Made by a program: the position numbers and the translations under genes. From Candidatus Aminicenantes bacterium (GTDB lineage: Bacteria > Acidobacteriota > Aminicenantia > JAMOAD01): a stretch of DNA of 64,000 nucleotides. The notes under the pieces were generated by a model. That model was not told the DNA's origin and did no database searches. It saw nothing but the letters and a program-made list of their open reading frames with translations. Below are positions 9,949-17,969 of the stretch, piece by piece. Numbering within the stretch: position 1 is the first letter of the stretch; each line of letters begins with the position of its first letter. The stretch is from NCBI GenBank assembly GCA_035403085.1, contig DAONEM010000008.1:3956-67955 (forward strand), written 5' to 3'.

Positions 9949-11008
9949 GAGAGCCCTTATCAGACTCCTTCTCCTCCTTCTTCTCTCTCCCGCGCTTCTC
10001 TGCCAGCGGAGCCCTCTCTGCGAGGCTGAGCTACGGGCCTTGCCCCGACTCGTCCGGGTCTCCTCGTCCTTTACCGCCCTGCTCCGTCTGAAGACGACCC
10101 GGGGAGAGGTTGATCTCGAGAGGAAGAGAAGCGAAGAGGGGTGGGCCGTCCAGGGAGAGGGTGGTCTGCTCGTCCTTCCCAAGAAGCTCTTCCCCTTGAC
10201 GGACCTCTTTCTTCACCACAGGGAAGAGGCGGAGATGAGTCTCCTGGAAAGCCTTGCGGGGATGGTCTCCCCGGAAGAGGGGCGGAGTGGTTCGGTGAAG
10301 CTCTCCCTGGGGAACCTTCGGTGGGAGCTTGAAGTGGAGAGGAAGGAGACCCCCGCACCGCTTGAGAGCGGGAGCACCGAAAACATTCTCCTCCTCGGAG
10401 CCGTTCCCGAAGGGGAGAGCGAAAGTGCCGCGCCCAAGGGCCTTCTGATCCTCAGGCCAGAAGAGTTTACTAGCGGACCGGCCTCGGCCTGGGACAGTCG
10501 GGGACGCCTCCTCGGCTTTGTCGAGAAGGGACGCCTCCATAGGCTCCACCTTCCCGGCGGGAGGTTCCTCCAGGGGTACAGCAAGAGCGAATCGGCGAAG
10601 GAGCTCCTCGATTCCTGGCGAGAGGGGCGGTGGACCCAGGGAGTCACCGAATTGTCTGGTTACCTGAAAGAGACTGGGCTGGCAGGGAGGATGGAGGGGA
10701 AGAGGCTTAGAGCCCTACTCCTTAAGGAGATGGAGGACGAGAGTTCCCTCTCCTACCTTGTCAAGCGACGCCTTCCGGGAGTCCTTCTCCTCTTGGCCGG
10801 GGGGATTCTGATCCTGGTCGCCATCATGACTATGGCGAAGATACCCGGTAGGGGCTCTTTTCTGAGGATTCGCTTCAGGGCGAAAGAGCTCCCTTGTAGC
10901 GTCGATCCCCTCCCCGATAAAGAGAACCTTCCCGGGGAAGAGTCCGATACCGAGGGGGCTGAGAACCCCTTCAGGGAAGAAGAAAACCCAGAGGATCCCC
11001 TGCCTTGA
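9941..11008 (+). CDS. hypothetical exported protein with C-terminal TM anchor and acidic tail
   Basis: The ATG overlaps the upstream ORF by 8 nt. It has a signal-peptide-like N-terminus (LIRLLLLLLLSPALLC), a TM helix around aa 280-299 and a Glu/Pro-rich C-terminal tail. No family is recognised. Confidence 0.6.
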   Translation: MVERALIRLLLLLLLSPALLCQRSPLCEAELRALPRLVRVSSSFTALLRLKTTRGEVDLERKRSEEGWAVQGEGGLLVLPKKLFPLTDLFLHHREEAEMSLLESLAGMVSPEEGRSGSVKLSLGNLRWELEVERKETPAPLESGSTENILLLGAVPEGESESAAPKGLLILRPEEFTSGPASAWDSRGRLLGFVEKGRLHRLHLPGGRFLQGYSKSESAKELLDSWREGRWTQGVTELSGYLKETGLAGRMEGKRLRALLLKEMEDESSLSYLVKRRLPGVLLLLAGGILILVAIMTMAKIPGRGSFLRIRFRAKELPCSVDPLPDKENLPGEESDTEGAENPFREEENPEDPLP

Positions 11009-11420
11009 GCCGGTAGAACGAGGCCTTTCCCGAGGGAAGTTCGAGGACGTAGAGAGCGGGAACCTTCGGAAAGTAAGAGGGGCACTGCGATGTCTTGCAG
11101 GGGGGGACTCCCTGCTGAATCTCCACGATACGGCGGTCCGGCCCGATCCAGACCAAGTCCAAAGGAAGGTAGGTGTTCTTCATCCAGAAGGAGTGATAAT
11201 CCACTCTATCGAAGACAAAGAGCATTCCGTAATCGTCGGGAAGGGAACGACGGTACATGAGCCCTAGGGCCCTCTCCTGATCCGTGACGGCCAGCTCTAC
11301 CCGAAGGACCTTTCCGTTAGGGAGGGTCAGGGGGATGAAGATCTGCGAAGCCATGAGAGAGACGTTAGACAAGAGGAACAAAGCGAACAGGAATCGAGAG
11401 AACCTTCTTAAAACGGCCAT
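10971..11420 (-). CDS. DUF192 (COG1430) family protein with signal peptide
   Basis: The core ERALGLMYRRSLPDDYGMLFVF...FWMKNTYLPLDLVWI is typical of DUF192. The signal peptide is MAVLRRFSRFLFALFLLSNVSLMA. Confidence 0.8.
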   Translation of the reverse strand: MAVLRRFSRFLFALFLLSNVSLMASQIFIPLTLPNGKVLRVELAVTDQERALGLMYRRSLPDDYGMLFVFDRVDYHSFWMKNTYLPLDLVWIGPDRRIVEIQQGVPPCKTSQCPSYFPKVPALYVLELPSGKASFYRLKAGDPLGFLLP

Positions 11421-11970
11421 GAATTTTTTCCTCCAAACTCAGGTGTTGTGCCCCTCCCTGGGGGCCTACTGGGGCGACAAGAACGCCCCCTTCCGCCAGC
11501 TGATCCCTGAGAGCGGGGGGAACCCGCTCCGCCGGTGCTGCGGTGACAAGGATCCTCTGAAAAGGTGACATCTCCGGCCAACCGAGCCGCCCGTCACCGT
11601 GACGAAGGTGGACACCGGATATGAGGTTCAGGGCGCGGAGCCGGCTCTCCGCCTCCCTGTAGAGGGGCTCGAGGATCTCCAGGGAGAAGACCTCCATCTT
11701 CAGCCTTGCCAGGAGGGCGGTCTGGTAACCCGATCCGGTACCGATCTCCAGAACCCGGAGTCCCGCTTCAGGGCGGAGAAGACGGGTCATGAAGAGGACC
11801 ATGTAGGGCTGGGAGATAGACTGCCCGAAACGAATCGGCAAGGCCTCGTCCTCATAGGCTCGGAAACGAGAGGCGGGCTCTACAAAGAGCTCACGGGGAA
11901 GGGAGATCAAGGCGTCCACGAGTTCTCCGTCCTGGGGAAACTCTCGGTGAAGACTCTCTGCAAGCCGCAT
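11365..11970 (-). CDS. pcm: protein-L-isoaspartate O-methyltransferase
   Basis: It has the ISQPYMV motif and the SAM-binding LEIGTGSGYQTALLA. ATG 11970 gives a length comparable to E. coli Pcm. An in-frame GTG at 12045 is an alternative start. Confidence 0.88.
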   Translation of the reverse strand: MRLAESLHREFPQDGELVDALISLPRELFVEPASRFRAYEDEALPIRFGQSISQPYMVLFMTRLLRPEAGLRVLEIGTGSGYQTALLARLKMEVFSLEILEPLYREAESRLRALNLISGVHLRHGDGRLGWPEMSPFQRILVTAAPAERVPPALRDQLAEGGVLVAPVGPQGGAQHLSLEEKIHGRFKKVLSIPVRFVPLV

Positions 11971-12166
11971 TCGGGAGAAGAGGTAAGGGTCATCCACGGC
12001 GGTCACAGAGGAGGCGGCCACTACTCTCGGGGGACGTATACGCACCCTGGAAGGAGAAACCGATGGATATGTTCGAGAAAGATTTGAGGTTTATGGGGGG
12101 GATGGTTCGGGTTGACATCGGCTGAGGAACGTTCACTTTTGCCTCCCCGGAATTGAAAAGAAAAAA

Positions 12167-12240
12167 CGCCCCCGACGGGATTTGAACCCGTCTCGCCGCC
12201 GTGAAAGGGCGATGTCCTAACCGGGCTAGACGACAGGGGC
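12167..12240 (-). tRNA. tRNA-Glu (anticodon UUC)
   Basis: The reverse complement folds as a cloverleaf. The acceptor pairs GCCCCTG/CGGGGGC, the anticodon loop is CTTTCAC and the T-arm is ACGGGTTCAAATCCCGT. CCA is not encoded. Confidence 0.9.
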
Positions 12241-12243
12241 GTG

Positions 12244-12316
12244 TGAGTCGTGCAGGATTCGAACCTGCGACAGCCGCCTTAAAAGGGCGGTGCTCTGCCA
12301 ACTGAGCTAACGACCC
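12244..12316 (-). tRNA. tRNA-Lys (anticodon UUU)
   Basis: The reverse complement is GGGTCGTTAGCTCAGTTGGCAGAGCACCGCCCTTTTAAGGCGG...GGTTCGAATCCTGCACGACTCA. The anticodon loop is CTTTTAA. Confidence 0.9.
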
Positions 12317-12328
12317 GTCAACTGCTGT

Positions 12329-12357
12329 ATTATAGCAAGAAGCCGGTGTTTAGTCAA
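12329..12357 (-). promoter_or_regulatory. sigma70-type promoter for the tRNA-Lys/tRNA-Glu pair (TTGACT-17-TATAAT)
   Basis: On the minus strand, TTGACT lies at 12357-12352 and TATAAT at 12334-12329 with a 17-nt spacer. It ends 12 nt before the tRNA-Lys 5' end. Confidence 0.6.
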
Positions 12358-12363
12358 CGGCCC

Positions 12364-12996
12364 TTACTTGATCTCCTCAAACTTTTCGATGATCCAGCGA
12401 CCCATCTGACCGTTCTCGATGTTGTAGCGGCAGAGGATGACGTTGTAATCCTTGGCGCCGGTGGGGCCAACGATGTTGATGACAACGGTCTTCTCCTCTT
12501 TCTTGAGGGAGATGCCTTCGGGTTCGGTCTGCTCGCCCAAGGATTTTTTGATGACGACCTTGACGTTCTCGAGGTCATCCTTGGCCTTCTGAAGTCTCTG
12601 CTGAACCTCTTTGTACTGACCGATCATGGTCTCTCTGCTCTTCTCGGCCTCAGCGAGAGCCGCGGCATTCCCTTTCTTCGCCTTGGCGGCTTCGTAGGCG
12701 TCGTTCGAATCCAAGACCTTCGGCTTCAGCTCGTTGAGCTCTTTCTCAACATCCGCATAAGCCTGAGCAAAAGCGGTGTAATCGGAATCTATGGCCTTCT
12801 GCTCACCAACACTCTTGAGCTCCCATTTTGTAAAAACAAAGGAGACAGGCTCCACGGCCATAGAGGAGAGAGTATCGTTATCCTGCATCTGGACGGCACG
12901 GAAGTACCTATCCAGAAGGGACTTTTCAGGCTTGCTGCAGGAAACGGTAAAGATCACGGCCAGGATCAAAACACCAGCCAAGAGAAACTTTTTCAT
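12364..12996 (-). CDS. hypothetical lipoprotein
   Basis: It has a signal peptide with a lipobox-like FTVSC (MKKFLLAGVLILAVIFTVSC) and a charged coiled-coil-like middle region. Its ATG overlaps the gatA stop. Confidence 0.7.
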   Translation of the reverse strand: MKKFLLAGVLILAVIFTVSCSKPEKSLLDRYFRAVQMQDNDTLSSMAVEPVSFVFTKWELKSVGEQKAIDSDYTAFAQAYADVEKELNELKPKVLDSNDAYEAAKAKKGNAAALAEAEKSRETMIGQYKEVQQRLQKAKDDLENVKVVIKKSLGEQTEPEGISLKKEEKTVVINIVGPTGAKDYNVILCRYNIENGQMGRWIIEKFEEIK

Positions 12997-14486
12997 GGAA
13001 AAACCTCCTCGGATTGGTTATCTTTATTATGGACCGATTCAGGGGGTGCCGTAAAGGCCTCATCCCCAAGATTGAAACGTTTTTTTAAAGTTTCTTCCCC
13101 GCCCACGATTCCCTCGTAACGGGAGGCGAGACGGAGCATCCTCTCATCGTTGAGGTAGGGGGCGGCGATCTGGAACCCTATGGGGAGCCCCTGGACGCTC
13201 AAACAGAAGGGGAGGCTCAAGGCTGGGTATCCGGCCAGGGAGAGGGGAATGGTAAAGAAGTCGGAGTAGTACATCTTGACCGGGTCATGGCTCTTGGAAC
13301 CCAACGTGAAGGCTGTGTCAGGGGTGGATGGCAGGAGGAGGAAAGGGTATTTGGAGAAGAGGTCCCTGAGCTCTGCGGCGATCAGATTCCTGACCTGGAA
13401 AGCCTTGCCGTAATATTCGTCGTACTGGCCGGCCCCGAGTGAGAAGGTTCCCAAAAGGATCCGTCTTCTCACCTCGGGTCCGAAGCCCTTAGTGCGGGTT
13501 TCGTCGTAGAGCGCGTCTACGCTTGGGGCGGGGGAACGGAAGCCGTAGCGGATTCCGTCGAACCTGGCAAGGTTAGAGGAGGCTTCGCTCGAGGCGATCA
13601 CGTAGTAGACGTAGAGGGCATACTCCCAATGGGAGACTCTCACCTCTTCCAGAGGGTACCCCATCTCCTGAAAGACCTTCAGAAAGCGGGGGTACGCCTC
13701 TCGAATCTCCGGGTCGACTCCTTCGTCGGGAAGGGCTAGGTAGGCCAAGGCGGGAAGGTTCTTTGGGGTTTCGTCCCGGTCTGGCCGTAGGGGTTCCCTC
13801 AGGGAGGTGGAATCCAGGGGGTCGTATCCGGCGATGTTCTCGAAGAGGAGGGAGATGTCTTCAGGGTTACGCCCGAAGAGCCCGATCTGATCCAAGGAAG
13901 AGGCGAAGGCCACCAGTCCGTACCGGCTGATTCGGCCGTAGGTGGGTTTGAAGCCGTAGAGACCGCAGAAGGTGGCCGGCTGTCGGACAGATCCACCGGT
14001 ATCGGAACCGAGGGCCAGGGGGGTCTGGAAGGAGGCGACCGCAGCCGCGGAACCTCCTGAAGAGCCGCCGGGAACCCGGGAAAGGTCCCAGGGGTTGCGG
14101 GTGACGCCTAGGGCGGAGTTCTCTGTGGAGGAGCCCATGGCGAACTCGTCCATGTTCGTCTTCCCGGGGACCCAGCCTCCGTTCTGCTTCAGCCTTGCCA
14201 CGACCGTGGCATCGTAGGGGGCGACATAGTTCTCGAGGATCTTCGAGGCACAGGTCAGGGGCATACCGTGAGCCAGGATGTTGTCCTTCATGGCCACAGG
14301 AACCCCCTTCAAGGGGCCCTCGGCGAGGGGGGCAAGCTCTTTGTTCCTACTGAGGAAGGCGCCGATTTCTCCATCCAGGGAGGCAGTTCTTTCCCTCAGG
14401 GAGTGGAAGAGCTCTTGAGGAGAGAAGAGTCCCTTACGAAGACCCGAGACGATCTCCCGGGCGTTGAGCGAGCAGAGGGGGGTCAT
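12993..14486 (-). CDS. gatA: Asp-tRNA(Asn)/Glu-tRNA(Gln) amidotransferase subunit A
   Basis: It has the amidase signature GGSSGGSAAAVA and GSDTGGSVRQPA, at 497 aa. It overlaps the gatC stop. Confidence 0.95.
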   Translation of the reverse strand: MTPLCSLNAREIVSGLRKGLFSPQELFHSLRERTASLDGEIGAFLSRNKELAPLAEGPLKGVPVAMKDNILAHGMPLTCASKILENYVAPYDATVVARLKQNGGWVPGKTNMDEFAMGSSTENSALGVTRNPWDLSRVPGGSSGGSAAAVASFQTPLALGSDTGGSVRQPATFCGLYGFKPTYGRISRYGLVAFASSLDQIGLFGRNPEDISLLFENIAGYDPLDSTSLREPLRPDRDETPKNLPALAYLALPDEGVDPEIREAYPRFLKVFQEMGYPLEEVRVSHWEYALYVYYVIASSEASSNLARFDGIRYGFRSPAPSVDALYDETRTKGFGPEVRRRILLGTFSLGAGQYDEYYGKAFQVRNLIAAELRDLFSKYPFLLLPSTPDTAFTLGSKSHDPVKMYYSDFFTIPLSLAGYPALSLPFCLSVQGLPIGFQIAAPYLNDERMLRLASRYEGIVGGEETLKKRFNLGDEAFTAPPESVHNKDNQSEEVFP

Positions 14487-14755
14487 CGTTTGACCACCCG
14501 GGGAACGGCGCAGAGATTCTCCCGCGATTCCGGCATGGCGTTGCGGATCTCTGAGACCCCGGAGAAGGAGGTCGCCTCATCGGGACGGAGAGGGGTCATC
14601 CCTTTTAGAACCACCGGAACGTAGTCAGTACTCTCTTGGACCCGTTGGAGATGCTTGACCCACTCGACAATCTGAGAAAAATCGTCAAGAACCGGGTCTC
14701 CTTCGTTCGGAGTAAGGCGGCAGAGGCGGCATACCCTCTTTTCCTGCTCTCTCAT
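14483..14755 (-). CDS. gatC: Asp-tRNA(Asn)/Glu-tRNA(Gln) amidotransferase subunit C
   Basis: A 90-aa ORF directly upstream of and overlapping gatA. It has a GatC-like C-terminus (PLRPDE...). Confidence 0.85.
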   Translation of the reverse strand: MREQEKRVCRLCRLTPNEGDPVLDDFSQIVEWVKHLQRVQESTDYVPVVLKGMTPLRPDEATSFSGVSEIRNAMPESRENLCAVPRVVKR

Positions 14756-14761
14756 AGGAGG

Positions 14762-14790
14762 ATTATAAAGAAAGTGACGAGGAAAAGCAA
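14762..14790 (-). promoter_or_regulatory. sigma70-type promoter of gatCA (TTGCTT-17-TATAAT), -10 ends 6 nt before the ATG
   Basis: On the minus strand the reading is TTGCTT (14790-14785), 17 nt, TATAAT (14767-14762), CCTCCT, then ATG (14755). There is no Shine-Dalgarno sequence. Confidence 0.5.
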
Positions 14791-14815
14791 GCGGAACCAG
14801 GCTTGGGGGGGATAC

Positions 14816-14839
14816 GGGGAGGAGCCGAAGCCCCTCCCC
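14816..14839 (-). terminator. hairpin downstream of kbl (10-bp GC-rich stem, UUCG loop on the minus strand)
   Basis: The minus strand reads GGGGAGGGGC-TTCG-GCTCCTCCCC, starting 10 nt after the kbl stop. No clear U-tract follows. Confidence 0.45.
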
Positions 14840-14848
14840 GGAAGGGGG

Positions 14849-16024
14849 TCAGATAACCCCCAACTCCTTGCCCGTCTGGGTGAAGAGATCCAACGCAAAG
14901 TCCAGGTCTTTCTGGGAGTGGACGGCGGAGATCATGACACGGATCCGGGCCTTCCCTTTGGCGACGGTGGGAAAACCAATGGCTTGGGCGAAGATTCCTT
15001 TATCGAAGAGAGTCTTAGAGAACTTCTGGGCCAGAGAGGCTTCGCCAAGCATGACTGGGGTGATGGGGGTCTGTGAGTGGCCGATATCGAAGCCAACCTT
15101 CTTCATCCCCTCTTTGAAATACCGGGAGTTATCCCAAAGCTTCTTGACGAGATCGTCGGATTCGCTTAGATAATCGATGGCGGCGATGGTGGCGAGAACA
15201 TCGGCAGGGGTGACCGCCGAAGAGAAGAGGAAGGGACGGGCCTTCTGACGGAGGTAATCGGTCAGAACCGTGCTTCCTGATACGAAGCCTCCAACGACGC
15301 CGAAGGCCTTGGAAACGGTACCGACTTCGACGTCCACCTTTCCGTGAAGATGGAAGTGGTCGACGATTCCCCTTCCGCTTTCACCGAGGACTCCCTCTCC
15401 GTGCGCGTCGTCGACCATCAGGAGGGCGTCGTAGCGGGCGGCCAGCTCGGCCAATTCGGGCAAGGGGGCGATGTCTCCGTCCATGGAGAAAACGCCGTCG
15501 GTGATGATCAGGCGGCGACGACCCTCTTCCTTCTTCAGCTGCTCTTCGAGGTGGTTGGGGTCGCTGTGTTTGAAAATGACCCGCCGCGCCTTGGTGAGAC
15601 GGCATCCGTCGATGATGGAGGCATGGTTCAGCTCGTCGGTGAAGAGCACGTCTTCCGCGGAGGGGACGAGGGTGGGGATGGCAGCCAGGTTCGAGCAGAA
15701 GCCCGACTGGAAGGAGATCGTGGATTCCGATCTCTTGAAGGCGGCCATTTTTTTCTCCATTTCCAGGTGAATCTCCATGGTTCCGGCGATGGAACGGACC
15801 GCCGCCGGGCCCACTCCATACTTCTCGATTCCTTGGATGGCTCGCTTTTTCAGCTCAGGGTGGTCGGCGAATCCAAGGTAGTTGTTGACGCACATGTTCA
15901 GAACTTTCTTGCCGTTGACGATGGTCCAGCTGTTCTGGGCCGAGCCGATGGTCCGGATGGTGTTGAACAGACCGTCGTTCTTGAGAGCTTCTATCTCTTC
16001 TGTCAGAAAAGAGTATTTACTCAT
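14849..16024 (-). CDS. kbl: glycine C-acetyltransferase (2-amino-3-ketobutyrate CoA ligase)
   Basis: It is an alpha-oxoamine synthase family member with the PLP-Lys motif GTVSKAF. Start is at ATG 16024, preceded by AAGGAGGA. It is paired with tdh upstream. Confidence 0.9.
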   Translation of the reverse strand: MSKYSFLTEEIEALKNDGLFNTIRTIGSAQNSWTIVNGKKVLNMCVNNYLGFADHPELKKRAIQGIEKYGVGPAAVRSIAGTMEIHLEMEKKMAAFKRSESTISFQSGFCSNLAAIPTLVPSAEDVLFTDELNHASIIDGCRLTKARRVIFKHSDPNHLEEQLKKEEGRRRLIITDGVFSMDGDIAPLPELAELAARYDALLMVDDAHGEGVLGESGRGIVDHFHLHGKVDVEVGTVSKAFGVVGGFVSGSTVLTDYLRQKARPFLFSSAVTPADVLATIAAIDYLSESDDLVKKLWDNSRYFKEGMKKVGFDIGHSQTPITPVMLGEASLAQKFSKTLFDKGIFAQAIGFPTVAKGKARIRVMISAVHSQKDLDFALDLFTQTGKELGVI

Positions 16025-16055
16025 TCTTGTATCCTCCTTAATTTTTTCGGTAAGG

Positions 16056-17096
16056 TCAGGAGAGAATGACCTTGCCGGCTTTCCCTTCTTCCATGAGCAG
16101 GAGTCCCTTTTCGATCTCCTCCATGGGGAAGTGGTGGGTGATGACGGGGGCAAGGTCGATCTTTCCGGTTTGGAGAAGACCGTCCATCCGGTACCAGGTG
16201 TCAAACATCTTGCGACCGTTGATCCCCTTGATGGTGATTCCCTTGAAGATGATCGCCTCGTTGAAATCGAGGGTCACATCGTTGTTGTAGATACCGAGAA
16301 GGACGAGGTTGCCGGCCTTCTTGATGACCTTCAGCCCATCCTTGAGGGCCGGTTGGGCGCCGGACATCTCGAGGATGTTGTCGACTCCCTCTCCACCGGT
16401 GAGGTCCATCACCTTCTCGACAAGATTCTCTTTGGCGGGGTTGATCAAGACATCGGCTCCCATCTTCCCGGCCATCTCACGACGGTAGTCGTTGATCTCC
16501 GAGACGAAGACCTTCGAGGCTCCGGCGGCTTTGGCGATTCCGGCCGCCATGGCTCCGATGGGCCCGGCTCCTGTGATGAGGACGCTTTTCGTGGGGATGT
16601 CACCTTCGAAAACCGTATGGACGGCGTTTCCGAAGGGGTCGTAGATGGCGAAGTACTCTTCGGGGATTCCGGGCTTAACCTTCCAAAGGTTGAGGGCGGG
16701 AACGACGACGTAGTCGGCGAAGGCCCCCGGCCCATCGACTCCGAGTATGACAACGTGTTCGCAAAGGTGGGCTTTTCCGGTTCGGCACATGGCGCACTGG
16801 TTACAGACAACATGCATCTCCGCTGTGACTAAATCGCCAACCTTGTAGGTATGAACGTTTCGGCCGGCTTCCACGATCTCTCCGTAGAATTCATGGCCCA
16901 GAATCACCGGCGTCTTGATTCGGTTCTGGGACCAGGCGTTCCACTGATAAATATGGAGATCGGTTCCACAGATGGCTCTCTTGTGGACCTTGATTAAGAC
17001 TTCATCGTCGTTCTTAATAGTTGGAACAGGGGCTTCTGTGACGGTTATGCCCCTCTCTTTGCTGGACTTTATGACGGCTCTCATTGTTTTGGCCAT
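16056..17096 (-). CDS. tdh: L-threonine 3-dehydrogenase
   Basis: It is a zinc-dependent medium-chain dehydrogenase with [10 protein letters not shown], Cys-rich structural zinc site [15 protein letters not shown] and NAD-binding GAGPIGAMA. It sits in the tdh-kbl gene order. Confidence 0.93.
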   Translation of the reverse strand: MAKTMRAVIKSSKERGITVTEAPVPTIKNDDEVLIKVHKRAICGTDLHIYQWNAWSQNRIKTPVILGHEFYGEIVEAGRNVHTYKVGDLVTAEMHVVCNQCAMCRTGKAHLCEHVVILGVDGPGAFADYVVVPALNLWKVKPGIPEEYFAIYDPFGNAVHTVFEGDIPTKSVLITGAGPIGAMAAGIAKAAGASKVFVSEINDYRREMAGKMGADVLINPAKENLVEKVMDLTGGEGVDNILEMSGAQPALKDGLKVIKKAGNLVLLGIYNNDVTLDFNEAIIFKGITIKGINGRKMFDTWYRMDGLLQTGKIDLAPVITHHFPMEEIEKGLLLMEEGKAGKVILS

Positions 17097-17119
17097 GGAT
17101 ACCTCCTTGCGGGTTTTGA

Positions 17120-17149
17120 ATCATAGTTCATCCCCCCGGATCTTGTCAA
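17120..17149 (-). promoter_or_regulatory. sigma70-type promoter of tdh-kbl (TTGACA-18-TATGAT)
   Basis: On the minus strand, TTGACA is at 17149-17144 and TATGAT at 17125-17120. A leader with AAGGAGG follows before ATG 17096. Confidence 0.55.
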
Positions 17150-17172
17150 GGTGACGGAGTGGGAACGCTTTA

Positions 17173-17202
17173 TTGACAAGGGGGGCGGCCATCCTTTATG
17201 AT
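17173..17202 (+). promoter_or_regulatory. sigma70-type promoter of the PilZ-domain gene (TTGACA-18-TATGAT), -10 ends 5 nt before the ATG
   Basis: TTGACA is at 17173-17178 and TATGAT at 17197-17202, followed by TAGGC and ATG 17208. There is no Shine-Dalgarno sequence. Confidence 0.55.
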
Positions 17203-17207
17203 TAGGC

Positions 17208-17969
17208 ATGATCTATGACATTGATTACGGTTTCCTGGAAAAGGCGGTGGAGGGGAACGACGCTCTGACGATGGTATGGGAGGAGGCCGGGAAGTCTCCT
17301 CAGCGGTATCGGAGCCGTTTCTTAGGGTGGGACGGCTCCCTCTCCTTCCTTGTCATCGACCAACCGACCCCCGAGGGGGAGAGCTTCAAGCCCCTTCTGC
17401 CGGAAGACAAGGTTACGGTCTTCTTTCAGGTCTCCGGTTTCCGGTTCCTCTTCCATACCCGGGTTTCCGGCAAGAGCGATTTTACGCTCAACGACAAGAT
17501 GGTCGTTTCGGCTATGAGGTTGGTCAAGCCCGCCCTGATCGAAGACGGGGAGAGGAGGAACCATTTTCGGGTTCCCGTCCCCCGGGAACGGCCTGTGACG
17601 CTCCGGTTCTTCATCTACAAGGAGGGGAGCAAAGAGCTTCTGGTGGACCGGGACCTTCCGGGGATTCGGCCCATCTCCTATGAACTTTCGGTGACCGACA
17701 TCTCCGGCGGAGGGCTCTCGGTGAAGGCCGAACGGAACGTCCCTCTCAAGCCCGGCGACAAGGTGCAGATGACCATCGTCATGCGCTACGACAACAACCA
17801 GATGTTGAAGATCGACGGCATCGTTCGGAACCGGCGGCGGGTCAGCGAAGGGGACATGGATGTCTGGGGAATCGAGTTTCTCGCGGAGAGGAACGTTGAG
17901 TTTCGTTACACCCTCACCCGGGTCAACCGGTATGTGATGGATCGACAAAGGGAGATGTTGAAATCATGA
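17208..17969 (+). CDS. PilZ domain protein (YcgR-like, c-di-GMP receptor)
   Basis: The c-di-GMP binding motifs are intact: RRNHFR (RxxxR) and DISGGGLS (D/NxSxxG). An N-terminal PilZN-like domain precedes them. Confidence 0.85.
   Translation: MIYDIDYGFLEKAVEGNDALTMVWEEAGKSPQRYRSRFLGWDGSLSFLVIDQPTPEGESFKPLLPEDKVTVFFQVSGFRFLFHTRVSGKSDFTLNDKMVVSAMRLVKPALIEDGERRNHFRVPVPRERPVTLRFFIYKEGSKELLVDRDLPGIRPISYELSVTDISGGGLSVKAERNVPLKPGDKVQMTIVMRYDNNQMLKIDGIVRNRRRVSEGDMDVWGIEFLAERNVEFRYTLTRVNRYVMDRQREMLKS

Noticed and set aside
11990-12301. A 103-aa minus-strand ORF.
   Set aside because: It is a translation through tRNA-Glu and tRNA-Lys and the pcm upstream region. It is not a protein gene.
12346-13119. 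A 257-aa plus-strand ORF opposite the lipoprotein gene and the gatA 3' end.
   Set aside because: It is antisense to gatA, which is certain, and has no start context or recognisable motif.
16025-16204. An N-terminal extension of the kbl ORF (ORF track start at 16204).
   Set aside because: The extension overlaps the tdh 3' end and is Pro/Ser/Trp-rich and non-homologous. ATG 16024 has an AAGGAGGA ribosome-binding site, and the family alignment starts there.
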